From a virus (lineage: Duplodnaviria > Caudoviricetes): a stretch of DNA of 52,785 bases. Of this stretch, positions 7,930 to 17,688 are shown one piece after another. The position numbers and the translations under genes were made by a program. Under the pieces are notes generated by a model, which saw only the letters and a list, made by a program, of their open reading frames with translations, had not been told where the DNA came from and did no database searches. The DNA lies in IMG/VR virus record IMGVR_UViG_3300046006_001177, positions 1 through 52,785 of that record. The stretch is one strand, 5' to 3'. Numbering within the stretch: the first letter of the stretch is position 1; each line of letters opens with the position of its first letter.

Positions 7930-8838
7930 TCAAGCACCTTGGGATGCGAACATACCAAGTGGATCCGACCAGCCGAACGAATAACGCTCACGAGCCTTAT
8001 AACGTACGTTACCTGTGTCGAAATCGCCGTCCATCGAGTTCTGCAACGGAATACGAACAAAGTGCTTCATGCCGTTAGGAACATCAGTGGTCAGGAACCA
8101 TGCGTTCGTATCGGTCAAGAAGTGGTTGATCGTATAGCCTTCCGGGATCGAACCGTTGTTAACGATCGCGTTCACGTCGTTGTCATTGGTTCCCGGACGG
8201 AGTTGAGTCTCCAGCAGACGGGTGGCCACAAACTGGAGTGCCGGTGGCACGATCAGCTTGCGGGGACGTGCGGCGATCAGCAGACCACGTTCGTCAGTCC
8301 AAGCTGCGATCTGGATGACTGCGTTTTCCAACGCGGTTTCCGAAAGGTCAACTTGGGTCGACGGTGTGTTGCTGTTGGTGCCGCCGGATACCAGCGGGTG
8401 GGCTGTGCTGAACAGAGCAACGCCGTCGCCACCAGGATAGGTGGACGAGAAGCCGTTGTTCAGAACTGCCGCCGCCTTCACCTGCTTGGTGTAGGACATC
8501 GCACGAGCCAGCGCCTTGGTATAACGAGCCGAAAGGCTGTCATACAGGTTATCTTCGATGGCCTCTTCGGTCAGCGAGAAACCCAGAGCGATGGTTTCGT
8601 GGTTGTATCGTGCGGTCCAAGCTTCCTGGCCGTTGTCGTACCGGATCGCAGAACCTTCGTTCTTGACCGGTGCAGCACTAAAGCCAGAGAGCTTGGTCTC
8701 TTCTTCGAAGGAACGCTCAGAGGTCTCGGTTTCGTAGATCTCTTTGTGTTCTTCACCATAACGAGCGTACTCCATGCCGAACAGGGCGTTCAGGCCAGGC
8801 AGTAGCTCTTTCAGTAGTTGTGCGCGTGAAATAGCCAT
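7930..8838 (-). CDS. major capsid protein (HK97 fold, Mu gpT-like family, 302 aa)
   Basis: MAISRAQLLKELLPGLNALFG, GGDGVALFSTAHP, PRKLIVPPAL and YKARERYSFGWSDP motifs; AAGGAG RBS; followed by terminator. Confidence 0.9.
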   Translation of the reverse strand: MAISRAQLLKELLPGLNALFGMEYARYGEEHKEIYETETSERSFEEETKLSGFSAAPVKNEGSAIRYDNGQEAWTARYNHETIALGFSLTEEAIEDNLYDSLSARYTKALARAMSYTKQVKAAAVLNNGFSSTYPGGDGVALFSTAHPLVSGGTNSNTPSTQVDLSETALENAVIQIAAWTDERGLLIAARPRKLIVPPALQFVATRLLETQLRPGTNDNDVNAIVNNGSIPEGYTINHFLTDTNAWFLTTDVPNGMKHFVRIPLQNSMDGDFDTGNVRYKARERYSFGWSDPLGMFASQGA

Positions 8839-8848
8839 GTCTTACTCC

Positions 8849-9505
8849 TTAAACACCAGTCGGGTTCAGATACGCATGACCACCAGTTACCACTGAGGTA
8901 ACAGTGTTCGATGTGTTCGTGAACGTGGAAACAATGTACGGTGCGTTGAATTTGCAAATGAACTCGCAATAGCCGTTAGCGCTATTGGAAGTGTCAGGAA
9001 CAATATCAACCACACGGATTGGCAGAGATGCAGTCGTGGCAAACGTCGTGCCGTTGATTGCGACCTGCGAATCACCCGTAGTGTTCGAGCCGTTGTTCTG
9101 AACCAGCGCCGCGTTCAAACCGATCTGCTCCGAGCTATAGAAAGCCACGGTAGTACCAGCCGAAACAGCAGCAACCTTAAACAGAACGTCCGGATCATCC
9201 ACTATGTACGCCTGGATGTCGTCAGCAGCCGTGCCACCAGCGTAGTACTGGTAGTTCAGCTTCTGTTTGGTTGATGGGTTGGTGTAAGTGCAACCCAAGA
9301 AGATGCCAACCGGTGTTGCTGTAGTCGTGCCAGTGTCTTTGACAATCGTGCCATCGGCATTGATCTTGACTACATCGCCATAGTAGATGCTAGTAGCGTA
9401 GCCGCTAGCAATACGGAATAGGCGAGTCGAACCGGCGTACACCTGACCGCCGATCAAATTGATCGGCTGAAGCCCATAAGGCTTCGATACAGTAGGATAT
9501 GCCAT
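8849..9505 (-). CDS. putative capsid cement/decoration protein
   Basis: Start moved to ATG 9505 (GGAG RBS). PYGL.P, IYYGDVV, VGIFLGC.Y, DDPDVLF and LPIRVVD motifs; directly upstream of MCP. Confidence 0.7.
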   Translation of the reverse strand: MAYPTVSKPYGLQPINLIGGQVYAGSTRLFRIASGYATSIYYGDVVKINADGTIVKDTGTTTATPVGIFLGCTYTNPSTKQKLNYQYYAGGTAADDIQAYIVDDPDVLFKVAAVSAGTTVAFYSSEQIGLNAALVQNNGSNTTGDSQVAINGTTFATTASLPIRVVDIVPDTSNSANGYCEFICKFNAPYIVSTFTNTSNTVTSVVTGGHAYLNPTGV

Positions 9506-9522
9506 TGATAACTCCAATAAGT

Positions 9523-9969
9523 TTAACCGCCGCCCTTCGTGGTCGAGGAACTCGACTCTTTGAATAACGGCATACGTGGGTCATTTTGACGCATTAGGTT
9601 GTTGTCCACCGCTCTGATTTGCTGTTCCGATTGAGCTAGGTAATGTTGATTACGCTGCTCGGCCAGCTCTTCAGGCGTCTTGCACAACAACACGTCGCCG
9701 ACTTGGACACAGTCTTTCCACCGGCCCTCGCCATTGACTAGCAGTGCATATTGCGGCTGCTCCTCGACCTTCACCGGCTCCCAACCTTCTCTTATCTTGG
9801 AAGAGATGTTGCGGGCGTCGGACTGTCCTCCGAGCAAAACGCGAATCCAACGGTACTTGTAACCCGGTTGCTTATCTGGTTCTGGCAGAAGCTCCGGCGG
9901 CCTCCACTGCTGGGGACGCTGCGTTTGGTTACGACTCTCTGTACTACGGGGCATACGATTCTCAGCCAT
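9523..9969 (-). CDS. conserved head-module protein (148 aa)
   Basis: Start moved to ATG 9969 (GGAGG RBS). WRPP..LP.P...GYKYRWIR...REGWEPV...GDVLLCK.P motifs. Confidence 0.75.
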   Translation of the reverse strand: MAENRMPRSTESRNQTQRPQQWRPPELLPEPDKQPGYKYRWIRVLLGGQSDARNISSKIREGWEPVKVEEQPQYALLVNGEGRWKDCVQVGDVLLCKTPEELAEQRNQHYLAQSEQQIRAVDNNLMRQNDPRMPLFKESSSSTTKGGG

Positions 9970-10912
9970 TTCTCGCCTCCAATTTTTGCATTTCCTGCAC
10001 GTATTTTTCCAACGGTACGCCAAGTTTCTTTGCCATGGCGACTGCGGACTGCTTGACTGTGATCTTTTTGGACCCAGTGCTGCGCGTTGCAGGCGCTACT
10101 ACCGGAGCAGGCTTCTCTCGCTGGGGTTTTGCCTCCTGCTTAGAGCCTTGAGGTTCAGCTTCCTCCTCGTCTGCAAAATGCTCTGGGAACCGACGACGCA
10201 TAGTTTCGTCGACCTTGTGCCAGTATTCATCAGTGGACGGATATGCCGTGCCGTACTGACTGACCAACTTCTGATGCAAGCCCAGAGCCAAGCTGGTCAT
10301 TTCTTCGTCCTTACCGAACCATTGATTGCGCTCTTGCCACGCTATCGTCTTTTGGTCAGGACGAGGTACTGTATTGGCAACAGCTTGTACAGGAACTTCT
10401 TCCTCTTGTCTAGACGGAACAAATTCTGACACCCGCTGTAATTTGTACTGCGCTCTGTTCAGCTTCTCCTGCGCCTGAAGGATCTGTTCAGAGTCACCCA
10501 AGTCATAGGCTTCCTTGAACTCCTTCTTGGCCGACTCAAACTCTAGCTCTGCCGCCGATTTAGCCGTAGCTACATACGCCTGCTCACCAGAACTCAGCCT
10601 GCTTTTCAGCGAGTTGTTCTCTTCCATCAACCGCTTGGCATAAGCAAGAGCCTCCTGCTGCTCCCGTAACGCTTGATCTTTCTCACGGCGCTCGTCGTTC
10701 CAGACCTTCTTTAGCTGTTTGAGCTTGGTCTTTACTTCCTCCGAGTATTCCTCCAGCTCGTCAGACTCCAGCTTCTCAACGATCTCCTTGGGCATCGGCT
10801 GGCGGCCCCTGTCCTCCGGCGGGGTATCGTCTTCGATCTCAATCTCAAACTTATCCTCGGCTTCGGCTTTGTTCTCCACCTCGTCCGGGAACTTGAAATC
10901 TTCCTTGTCCAT
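9962..10912 (-). CDS. putative scaffolding protein (316 aa)
   Basis: Acidic coiled coil, W..RN.WFG and AKKLGVPLEKY C-terminus; between portal and MCP. Confidence 0.7.
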   Translation of the reverse strand: MDKEDFKFPDEVENKAEAEDKFEIEIEDDTPPEDRGRQPMPKEIVEKLESDELEEYSEEVKTKLKQLKKVWNDERREKDQALREQQEALAYAKRLMEENNSLKSRLSSGEQAYVATAKSAAELEFESAKKEFKEAYDLGDSEQILQAQEKLNRAQYKLQRVSEFVPSRQEEEVPVQAVANTVPRPDQKTIAWQERNQWFGKDEEMTSLALGLHQKLVSQYGTAYPSTDEYWHKVDETMRRRFPEHFADEEEAEPQGSKQEAKPQREKPAPVVAPATRSTGSKKITVKQSAVAMAKKLGVPLEKYVQEMQKLEARNG

Positions 10913-10926
10913 TTGTTTCTCCTTTG

Positions 10927-11328
10927 TTAAGCCCGGCTGATGCCGCGCGGATCCTGCACAACGGCTTCCACAACGTCGTCATTGATGAGTCGGAACTCTT
11001 GACCGTGGATCTTCAGCCTTGTGCCAGTGTTCGGACGGGCGAGAATAAAATCTCCTTCCTTGCACCATGGACCATTTGGGAATCTCTTTTCGTCTTTGTA
11101 ACAATCAGGTCCCATTTTCATCACAAAAAAGACAGTAGCTAGCACCTTCTCTTCGTACAGGGTTTGGTCTGCTTTGACGAGGCCGCTGTCAAACTTGTCT
11201 TCTACCTCCGGCAAAGCCACCAGAATGTGGTAGCCCGTAGGCTCTGGCAGTTGCTTTGCTTTCTCCTCGGCTGTTTCTGGCAGCGTCGAAGTTTCGCCAT
11301 CTTGACTGGCGATTAGTAATTCACTCAT
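10927..11328 (-). CDS. groES: GroES/Cpn10-like co-chaperonin
   Basis: LPEPTGYHILV...SGLV...V.KMGPDCY...PWCKEGD...GT...I.G.EFRLINDD.V.AVV; start moved to ATG 11328. Confidence 0.8.
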   Translation of the reverse strand: MSELLIASQDGETSTLPETAEEKAKQLPEPTGYHILVALPEVEDKFDSGLVKADQTLYEEKVLATVFFVMKMGPDCYKDEKRFPNGPWCKEGDFILARPNTGTRLKIHGQEFRLINDDVVEAVVQDPRGISRA

Positions 11329-11512
11329 CGGAAAACTCCATTTTCTTGGCAAGGTCTAGGATGTAACCCTCTGCAATTGAGAGACCTCGGATCTCACCAC
11401 AGAGTTTCTGGTACTCAGCGTAGTCATGCGCCGCGCTGTTGGACACGGCTTCAACCACCTGTTCGCGCTTGTCACGTACTTGTTTGAGAAGTATTTCAAA
11501 CGCCTTTTCCAT
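11321..11512 (-). CDS. small conserved protein downstream of portal (63 aa)
   Basis: DYAEYQKLCGEIRGL motif; AAGGA RBS. Confidence 0.7.
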   Translation of the reverse strand: MEKAFEILLKQVRDKREQVVEAVSNSAAHDYAEYQKLCGEIRGLSIAEGYILDLAKKMEFSDE

Positions 11513-11515
11513 AAA

Positions 11516-13984
11516 TTAGTCCTTCTTTTTGGCCGGTTGCTTCGGTTGTGGACGGTTCATCTCGGCCTGATCTTTGGCGATCTGCATGCCAACACGGATA
11601 CCTTCCAGTTCCATTTTGGCTTCCATGTCTGCCTTGTCTTTGGCCGACTTGGCACCAACCTGCATGCCAGCGATCTCTTTCTGCGCGGCGATGCGCTCTT
11701 CCTCGATGCGGATTCTGTCCGCCTTCTCGGTAGCTTCCACCACCAACTTCTGCTTCTTGAGTTCCAGCTCTTGCCCTTTGAGCATGAGTTCCTGCTGCTG
11801 CATCTGGACTATTGGATCCATCGCCGCCTGCTGCGCCTGTTTCTGCGCCATCTCGGCCTGATCCTTCTGCAACAACTTGCCAGCAGCGGCCGCCATCATC
11901 CGAGACACTTCGACTTCCAACTCCGGTGGCAACTCCTTGTCCATCTCCGGTAGTGGAACGCCCAGCATCTCTTCGATCTGCTTCCTGTACTCGAACGCCA
12001 CATGCTCATTGATATGAGCCATTAACGCCGCCTGCATCATCTGCGCGCGCGGGTTTTGGCCAATCAACATCGCAATCTTCGGATCCTGCATGGCCGACAT
12101 GTGAACCTGAATGTGCGCTTGATGATCCTGGTAGATGAACGCCTTGACCGGCTTGCCATTCAACACCGCCATGTTTTCGGACACAGGGTCTTTTGGCTTC
12201 TGATCTTCCGCCGACGGAACGAGCTTGCCGACGTTCTTAATACCTAGAACCTCTAACATCTGACGGTTCAACTCCACCATGTCATAGATCTGTGGGTTGA
12301 CCTGCGCCATCTGCATCACCGCCTGATACTGCACTACCTTCTGAGCCATCGTGGCCGAGTTGGGATCAGAAACAGGGATGACATCGACATCGTCGTAGTC
12401 CGACTTCTTCGCACGAGGCGATCCTTCTGTCGGTTCGTACGAATACTCATCCGGCGTGTAGTCCCGGATGATGTCCTTCAGCAGTTTCAACTCCTGTTTC
12501 ATCGCGTAGTGGATACGCGCCTGCACCGCCGACATGACCTTTAACGTGCGCTCCAGAATCGCCAACGTCGTTCCAACCGGTGAGTTGGCCGACATGTCAG
12601 CGATCTTGAGGTCAGCCGCCGCAGCAAATCGGCGCCCTTCCTCAACAATCTGGTTCATCAATCCAAGAAGAACTTGGCTCGGCTCTTTGTACGGAAGTGG
12701 GAGGATGTTGTCTCTGATCGTGCCGGCCGCGACGTCCACATCTCGGAACTCGCCGGGTGCAATTGGAGTGTCATCTCCTTTGACTCGCATGCCCTTAGTT
12801 TTAAGACCGCCAGGCAGATTCGATAGAGTCCCAGCGTCAACCAGCTGACGAATAATAGAAGTACCAGACTTAGCGAAAGCACCGATAAGATGAATAAGGC
12901 CGAAGGCATAGAATCCAAAGCCGGGGATATATGGGTAGTGAACAAAGTGGTTCCTCTTCTGATAGGTCTCATCTTCCGGCCGCCAGTTCCGTCTGATTGC
13001 TAATACCTCCTGTGACGTCTTCTCTATCGTCACGATGTAAGGCAACCCAATCTCAGTCGGCTTGCCCTTATCATCCTTATCTTCGTACCCCGGCAGATCC
13101 AGATACACCTGCATCTCAAGGATCTTGTAGCGGTCATCCGTCGTCGCCCGAAAGCCCATCTTCTCGGCGATACTCTTCTCAATATCGTCTAGAACATTCT
13201 CCGGCTCCGGCAGATCAATGTCCCGGTAGAAGCCAGCAACCATCAGGCGGCGTAACTCATTCTTCGTCTTTCTCATCACGTGAGTTACACGCGGTGCCGA
13301 CTCCAAATTACTCGCCCCGTACGGAACCACCACGTCTTCAGCCGGTACAAAGATAGATACCTGTCTGCCGAGAGAAGGATCGTAGTACACCTTCTTGAAC
13401 GCATTCCCTGCCAGCCCCAAGCCCCACAACATGCGCTCATGTTCAGGCCGGTATTCGGTCATCACCTCTGTTAACTGGTAGTTCATGTCATCCCGAACCC
13501 GCTCGGCCGCATCTTTCTTGCCGGGTGTTTCTTTGCCGACGATCTTTGTCTTCACCGGACCGGATGCCGGGAAGGTTTCCATAATTGTCTCTGCTTGGAA
13601 CTTCACCAGCGCTTCTGATAACAGTGGGTGATACACACCACACGCGCCTTCCCATGGTTCTGAGCGCTCCTCGATCTTCATGCCCAGCAACTCTAGGCCG
13701 TCGACGTAGGTTTTCATCCAGTCCTTGCGGGAATCCAGATCATCTTGGAAGTCACTCAACAGATCTGATGCCAACGACTCCAGTTCGTCCGTTTCCATCT
13801 TCTCGGCCAGGTTTTCAGCGAACTCATCGTCCTCTTCTTCCATGTCCATCACCAGTTTCAGGTCGCCTAGCCCAACAGTTACCGACTCTGGATCCTCGAT
13901 CTCAATCTCAATCGACTCATCCTCCATCCCGTCGTCCAGCCCGGCCGGTAATTGGTACAGCGCCTTGTCTATATTTGTCGCCAT
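11516..13984 (-). CDS. portal protein (P22-like, long Gln-rich C-terminal barrel; 822 aa)
   Basis: Follows terL. SRKDW, HPLLSEA, GNAFKKVYYD, GFYAFGL and RQLVDAGTLSN motifs; Q-rich coiled tail. Confidence 0.88.
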   Translation of the reverse strand: MATNIDKALYQLPAGLDDGMEDESIEIEIEDPESVTVGLGDLKLVMDMEEEDDEFAENLAEKMETDELESLASDLLSDFQDDLDSRKDWMKTYVDGLELLGMKIEERSEPWEGACGVYHPLLSEALVKFQAETIMETFPASGPVKTKIVGKETPGKKDAAERVRDDMNYQLTEVMTEYRPEHERMLWGLGLAGNAFKKVYYDPSLGRQVSIFVPAEDVVVPYGASNLESAPRVTHVMRKTKNELRRLMVAGFYRDIDLPEPENVLDDIEKSIAEKMGFRATTDDRYKILEMQVYLDLPGYEDKDDKGKPTEIGLPYIVTIEKTSQEVLAIRRNWRPEDETYQKRNHFVHYPYIPGFGFYAFGLIHLIGAFAKSGTSIIRQLVDAGTLSNLPGGLKTKGMRVKGDDTPIAPGEFRDVDVAAGTIRDNILPLPYKEPSQVLLGLMNQIVEEGRRFAAAADLKIADMSANSPVGTTLAILERTLKVMSAVQARIHYAMKQELKLLKDIIRDYTPDEYSYEPTEGSPRAKKSDYDDVDVIPVSDPNSATMAQKVVQYQAVMQMAQVNPQIYDMVELNRQMLEVLGIKNVGKLVPSAEDQKPKDPVSENMAVLNGKPVKAFIYQDHQAHIQVHMSAMQDPKIAMLIGQNPRAQMMQAALMAHINEHVAFEYRKQIEEMLGVPLPEMDKELPPELEVEVSRMMAAAAGKLLQKDQAEMAQKQAQQAAMDPIVQMQQQELMLKGQELELKKQKLVVEATEKADRIRIEEERIAAQKEIAGMQVGAKSAKDKADMEAKMELEGIRVGMQIAKDQAEMNRPQPKQPAKKKD

Positions 13985-13993
13985 GATCTGTCC

Positions 13994-15466
13994 TTAGTAG
14001 TAAACCCGCTTGCGGCGGTGAAGCGGCTCGTCTTCCTCATCAGAACCTAGCCGCAGGAACCCGCCCTGTCGAAATCTCATCAACGCCTGTACGCCAGAGT
14101 CGACCAAATCGTCATGTTCTGCGTTCGGAAACCGCGCAAACTCTTCGATTACGTCCTCTGCCCACCGTTTGTCAGGCGCCCACACTTTACCGGAAGAAAA
14201 TAGGTCTGTAACGCTGTTCAGACGCACGAACTTGTCGTTGCCGCGTGTCGGTGTGAAGTCCTGAACCATCACGCCCATCTTTCTCAGCTCAAATATCAGC
14301 GGCGCACCCGCTGCTTTGGCTTCAATAATGCAGGCATCCGGCTCCCAGTCGTCGTACATCTCCTTTGCCTTCGCTTTTAGGTCAGGAAACTCCACCTTTC
14401 CCTTCCACGCGTCCAGCAAAATGATGTTCACATCACTTTCATCCTCGTCTTTGTGAAAGACACCCCATGTCGTACACGCGGAATAGTCACTCCGCTGGTT
14501 TTTCGTGTACGCCGTGTCCCAAGATTGGATGATAAATTCACACGCAGGCGCTCTTTCTCCCTCCCAGAGCTGCCACCAGTCCCTTTTTACCAGCGCACCC
14601 TCTTCTCCCGTGGGCTTTTGCTGGTACTGAGCGTTCCATTTATAGGGTGGAAGCTCCTCTTTCAGTGCCAGAAGTTCATTTACAGGCCAAAATTCAGGCC
14701 AGAGGCTGTTCCCCGACGGCAAAATGGCTGGAAACTCCACCACTTCCCACTCGGTTGCGTCAGATTTCAGCACTCGGCCGGTCAAATCCTTGTCCGACCA
14801 GCGCGTCATCACCACCACAATCGCCCCACCCGGCTGCAAACGCTGCCGAGGACCAGATGTGTACCATTCATACACACTGTCAAAGACCGTCGGATCTCCT
14901 TGCGCCAGCCTCGCTTCCTGTTCCGAATGCGGGTCATCTATTATTAGTAGATCCGCACCCTTACCAGTGACCGTACCTCCAACCCCGATAGCGAAATAGT
15001 CTCCGCCGTGAGAGGTTGCCCACCGGCCAGCCGCTTTAGAGTCGGCTCGGAGTCCCACATTCGGGAAGATCTTGCCGTAGTGTTCGCTATCTACCAGGTT
15101 CCTGACCTTCCGGCCAAACCCCACCGCCAGTTCGGCCGTGTTCGACGTCTGTATCACCTTCTTCTCCGGGTTCCTACCCAGATACCACGCCGGCAATAAG
15201 AAGGAGGCGAACTCCGACTTCGTATGTCGCGGCGGCATGTTGATGATCAGCCGCTTTAACTTCCCTTCCGCGATCTCTTCGAACTTCTTTGCCATGATGG
15301 CGTGATGTCTTCCGTGAATAAATCCCGGCCACATCTCTTTTACAAACGACATGAACTTGCCCTGCGCCCGTTCTCTGACGACCGCATCTCGGTACTGACC
15401 CACCTGCTCTAACAGCTTCTCCTGCTCCGCCGCCGGCAGCTTACCTATCAGTTCACTCAAGTCCAC
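13994..15466 (-). CDS. terL: terminase large subunit (490 aa)
   Basis: INMPPRHTKS Walker A variant, LLIIDDP Walker B, MTRW, YQQ.P, SWDTA...DYSA and HDDLVD nuclease motifs. Confidence 0.95.
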   Translation of the reverse strand: MDLSELIGKLPAAEQEKLLEQVGQYRDAVVRERAQGKFMSFVKEMWPGFIHGRHHAIMAKKFEEIAEGKLKRLIINMPPRHTKSEFASFLLPAWYLGRNPEKKVIQTSNTAELAVGFGRKVRNLVDSEHYGKIFPNVGLRADSKAAGRWATSHGGDYFAIGVGGTVTGKGADLLIIDDPHSEQEARLAQGDPTVFDSVYEWYTSGPRQRLQPGGAIVVVMTRWSDKDLTGRVLKSDATEWEVVEFPAILPSGNSLWPEFWPVNELLALKEELPPYKWNAQYQQKPTGEEGALVKRDWWQLWEGERAPACEFIIQSWDTAYTKNQRSDYSACTTWGVFHKDEDESDVNIILLDAWKGKVEFPDLKAKAKEMYDDWEPDACIIEAKAAGAPLIFELRKMGVMVQDFTPTRGNDKFVRLNSVTDLFSSGKVWAPDKRWAEDVIEEFARFPNAEHDDLVDSGVQALMRFRQGGFLRLGSDEEDEPLHRRKRVYY

Positions 15467-15663
15467 GGACTATTTGCCCTCTCTCTCATTCCCACTATAG
15501 ACAGATTCTCTTGTTTTACAGGCTTGTTCAACCGCTTCTGTATCTTCGCCAGCGTTGGATAAATACTCACCGGCCGGTAGTACTTCCTCCCAGCCTTCTC
15601 CGCCCGGTAGACCTGATACAACAGCCGAAAGGCATCCAGCATCAACTCTTCGTCATATGTCAT
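15457..15663 (-). CDS. hypothetical protein (68 aa)
   Basis: ORF overlapping both neighbours in the operon. Confidence 0.55.
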   Translation of the reverse strand: MTYDEELMLDAFRLLYQVYRAEKAGRKYYRPVSIYPTLAKIQKRLNKPVKQENLSIVGMRERANSPWT

Positions 15664-15962
15664 TCTAAATTCCGGAACTGTATGTAAACGGGACGAACAC
15701 TCCTATAACCACCCTTCACTCTCTTCAACACCCCCAACTTCACTAACCTCGCAATAATCTCACTCGTATTCCCCATCCCCGCCTTCCCACGTATCCGACA
15801 GATATCCCGAATAGACGGACCAAACCCGTACTTCTTCCACCACTCATCTATCACCAAAAACACTTCCTTCTGCGCCGGCGTCATCCCTACCCCCAAACAC
15901 TCCTCATACGTCCTCTCCCGACGACGCATCACCATTTCTCGATTGATCTGTATATCTGGCAT
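15660..15962 (-). CDS. LexA-type winged-HTH DNA-binding domain protein (no peptidase domain)
   Basis: MTPAQKEVF..I......GFGPSIRDIC...G......I..L.KLG.L.R.....RS pattern of the LexA N-domain; start uncertain. Confidence 0.75.
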   Translation of the reverse strand: MPDIQINREMVMRRRERTYEECLGVGMTPAQKEVFLVIDEWWKKYGFGPSIRDICRIRGKAGMGNTSEIIARLVKLGVLKRVKGGYRSVRPVYIQFRNLE

Positions 15963-15973
15963 AAAACTTGCTG

Positions 15974-15990
15974 CTGGTAACGGTTACCAG
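15974..15990. promoter_or_regulatory. palindrome CTGGTAAC-G-GTTACCAG, candidate operator/parS
   Basis: Perfect 8-bp arms; the same 15-mer recurs inverted at 25432-25446. Confidence 0.55.
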
Positions 15991-16037
15991 ACTCAAAATG
16001 ACAACATTGCTTTTTTCACAAAAAATATCCCCCCCAC

Positions 16038-16733
16038 CTATCTCGTTTCCGCAGGTGACGGGGGGTCTTCGCTGGGATCGGAGTCGCTGGGTTCGGGAAT
16101 ATTTGGGGATGGTTCGAGTTCATTACTATGTACATGCGCGTCGGAGTCCCATTCTGCATTTGGGGGTGTACCCGCCCCGTGGGGTTCCGGCTCTGACAAT
16201 TCCGCCAGCAGGGAATTCGCGTCGACGTCGACCGCATCGGCCGTGCCGAGCATCATTGTCTTGAGTTGATCGAGTATCTGCGCGCGCAGTTCACCGGAAT
16301 CCTTGACGTGTTCGACCCGCTTGGTTTCCCTGAATGCATCAACGCCGACAAGCTGCCCGATACTGCGCACCGCTTGCACACGCGTTGCGGCCTTTTCCTC
16401 GGGATTTGTTGCTATTTCGGCCAGTGTTGAAATGACAATAGAGCGCAAGCCTGTAGCAGAATGCAACGCAGCCAGTTCATTTGCCCTCTCTATCCGTTCT
16501 ATTTCCAAAGCAATACCCGAGTGCTGTTTCAATACTGTCGCAGCGTTTCCTGCTGTTTTTGGTTTTGCTGTTGGGCTATACGCTTGCCGGTAAGCCTGCG
16601 CACCGGTAGCACCGAGCGCAACCTGTTCGGCAAACTTCTTTTGCTTTGCGGTCAATGTTCCTTTTGGCACTCGCATTGCCTGTTCAATCCCACCGCTTGC
16701 GCTTATATGCGCCCTTACTGATTTTCTGTTCAT
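16038..16733 (-). CDS. terS: terminase small subunit
   Basis: LTAKQKKFA...G....QAYRQAY HTH, L.EIA, A.R.IG.L.G motifs; upstream of terL. Start ATG 16733 or GTG 16760. Confidence 0.75.
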   Translation of the reverse strand: MNRKSVRAHISASGGIEQAMRVPKGTLTAKQKKFAEQVALGATGAQAYRQAYSPTAKPKTAGNAATVLKQHSGIALEIERIERANELAALHSATGLRSIVISTLAEIATNPEEKAATRVQAVRSIGQLVGVDAFRETKRVEHVKDSGELRAQILDQLKTMMLGTADAVDVDANSLLAELSEPEPHGAGTPPNAEWDSDAHVHSNELEPSPNIPEPSDSDPSEDPPSPAETR

Positions 16734-16799
16734 GCTATGCCGCTGTTCGCTTTCGCTCACTTACCGCCGCCGACCCGCAGCCGCGCCCTATTGCCGCGC

Positions 16800-16828
16800 A
16801 GAGTACAGGAACGGAAGCGGAAGATCAA
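16800..16828 (-). promoter_or_regulatory. sigma70-like promoter for packaging/virion operon
   Basis: TTGATC-17 bp-TACTCT on minus strand upstream of terS. Confidence 0.5.
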
Positions 16829-16900
16829 GACTATCAATCCTGGCCGACTGATAGCAACCCTATCGCATCCTGGCACTTGATTGATAAATACAATGTGATA

Positions 16901-16944
16901 ATGCAATATGTCACCCTTGACTTATATATTGCATCGTCTAATAT
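16901..16944 (+). promoter_or_regulatory. sigma70-like early promoter with overlapping inverted repeat
   Basis: TTGACT (16917-22), 16 bp, TAATAT (16939-44) in an AT-rich gap; ATGCAATAT/ATATTGCAT inverted repeat flanks the -35. Confidence 0.55.
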
Positions 16945-16983
16945 CCCTTCCATGCGCTGCACCCTGTAGCGCGCTTCTGAAGG

Positions 16984-17196
16984 ATGACTATGAAAGTTTG
17001 CATTCAAGACCTAACCACCGGTAAAGCGTTAAACGTCACCGACCTAGTGATTGATACGTTGGAACTTGGTGAATCAGGTTATTCCATGCTGAATGAAGAA
17101 AACCCGACTCTGTTAGCGCAAGCAATAGACGTTGCCGCCGATATCGCTCGCAACGAGTTCGGCCACGATGAAATCGACGCATATACCACCGCTTGA
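16984..17196 (+). CDS. early hypothetical protein (~70 aa)
   Basis: First ORF after promoter; AAGGA RBS suits ATG 16990. Confidence 0.65.
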   Translation: MTMKVCIQDLTTGKALNVTDLVIDTLELGESGYSMLNEENPTLLAQAIDVAADIARNEFGHDEIDAYTTA

Positions 17197-17206
17197 AAGG
17201 CCGACC

Positions 17207-17491
17207 ATGCAAATCATTATCAGCACCCGCGCAGAGCAAGCCGCAGCCGATATCACGCCCGACCAGCGCGCACTTGTACGCCGTTGGACTGACTTTTGCC
17301 AAGATAACGCCTTGCGCCGCGCAGCCCTGTACGTTGACTATCAGCGCACCCGCCAGACAAGCCGCTGGAAGGATGAGCCGCGCAGCCGCCCTTTTGTAGT
17401 ACGCCGCGCAAGCGACCTAGAAATCATTAGCACTTCAAAAACCCTGACCGGTGCATTACGCATCGCGCAGGAACTTGCCACCACCGCCTGA
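17207..17491 (+). CDS. early hypothetical protein (94 aa)
   Basis: Start moved to AAAGGCCGACC-ATG 17207. Confidence 0.65.
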   Translation: MQIIISTRAEQAAADITPDQRALVRRWTDFCQDNALRRAALYVDYQRTRQTSRWKDEPRSRPFVVRRASDLEIISTSKTLTGALRIAQELATTA

Positions 17492-17505
17492 GAGGAACCG
17501 CCGCC

Positions 17506-17676
17506 ATGACATTTTTTCGCAACTACGAGCGCGCTGTAGCAATCCGCAACGCCAACGCCGCCGCCGATCCTGATTGGCAATATGTCTTGCACTTGGTATC
17601 GACCCGCCGCATGAACCGCAACGTGTGGGTTATTGAAATCCACGACGAAGACGGAATTCTGATCGGCACTTTATAA
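17506..17676 (+). CDS. early hypothetical protein (56 aa)
   Basis: Hand translation MTFFRNYERAVAIRNANAAADPDWQY...VIEIHDEDGILIGTL; GAGGA RBS. Confidence 0.7.
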   Translation: MTFFRNYERAVAIRNANAAADPDWQYVLHLVSTRRMNRNVWVIEIHDEDGILIGTL

Positions 17677-17688
17677 GGAACCGCTGAT

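Noticed and set aside
7897-8805. 302-aa plus-strand ORF antisense to the major capsid gene
   Set aside because: Mirror frame caused by codon bias; no RBS or recognisable motifs.
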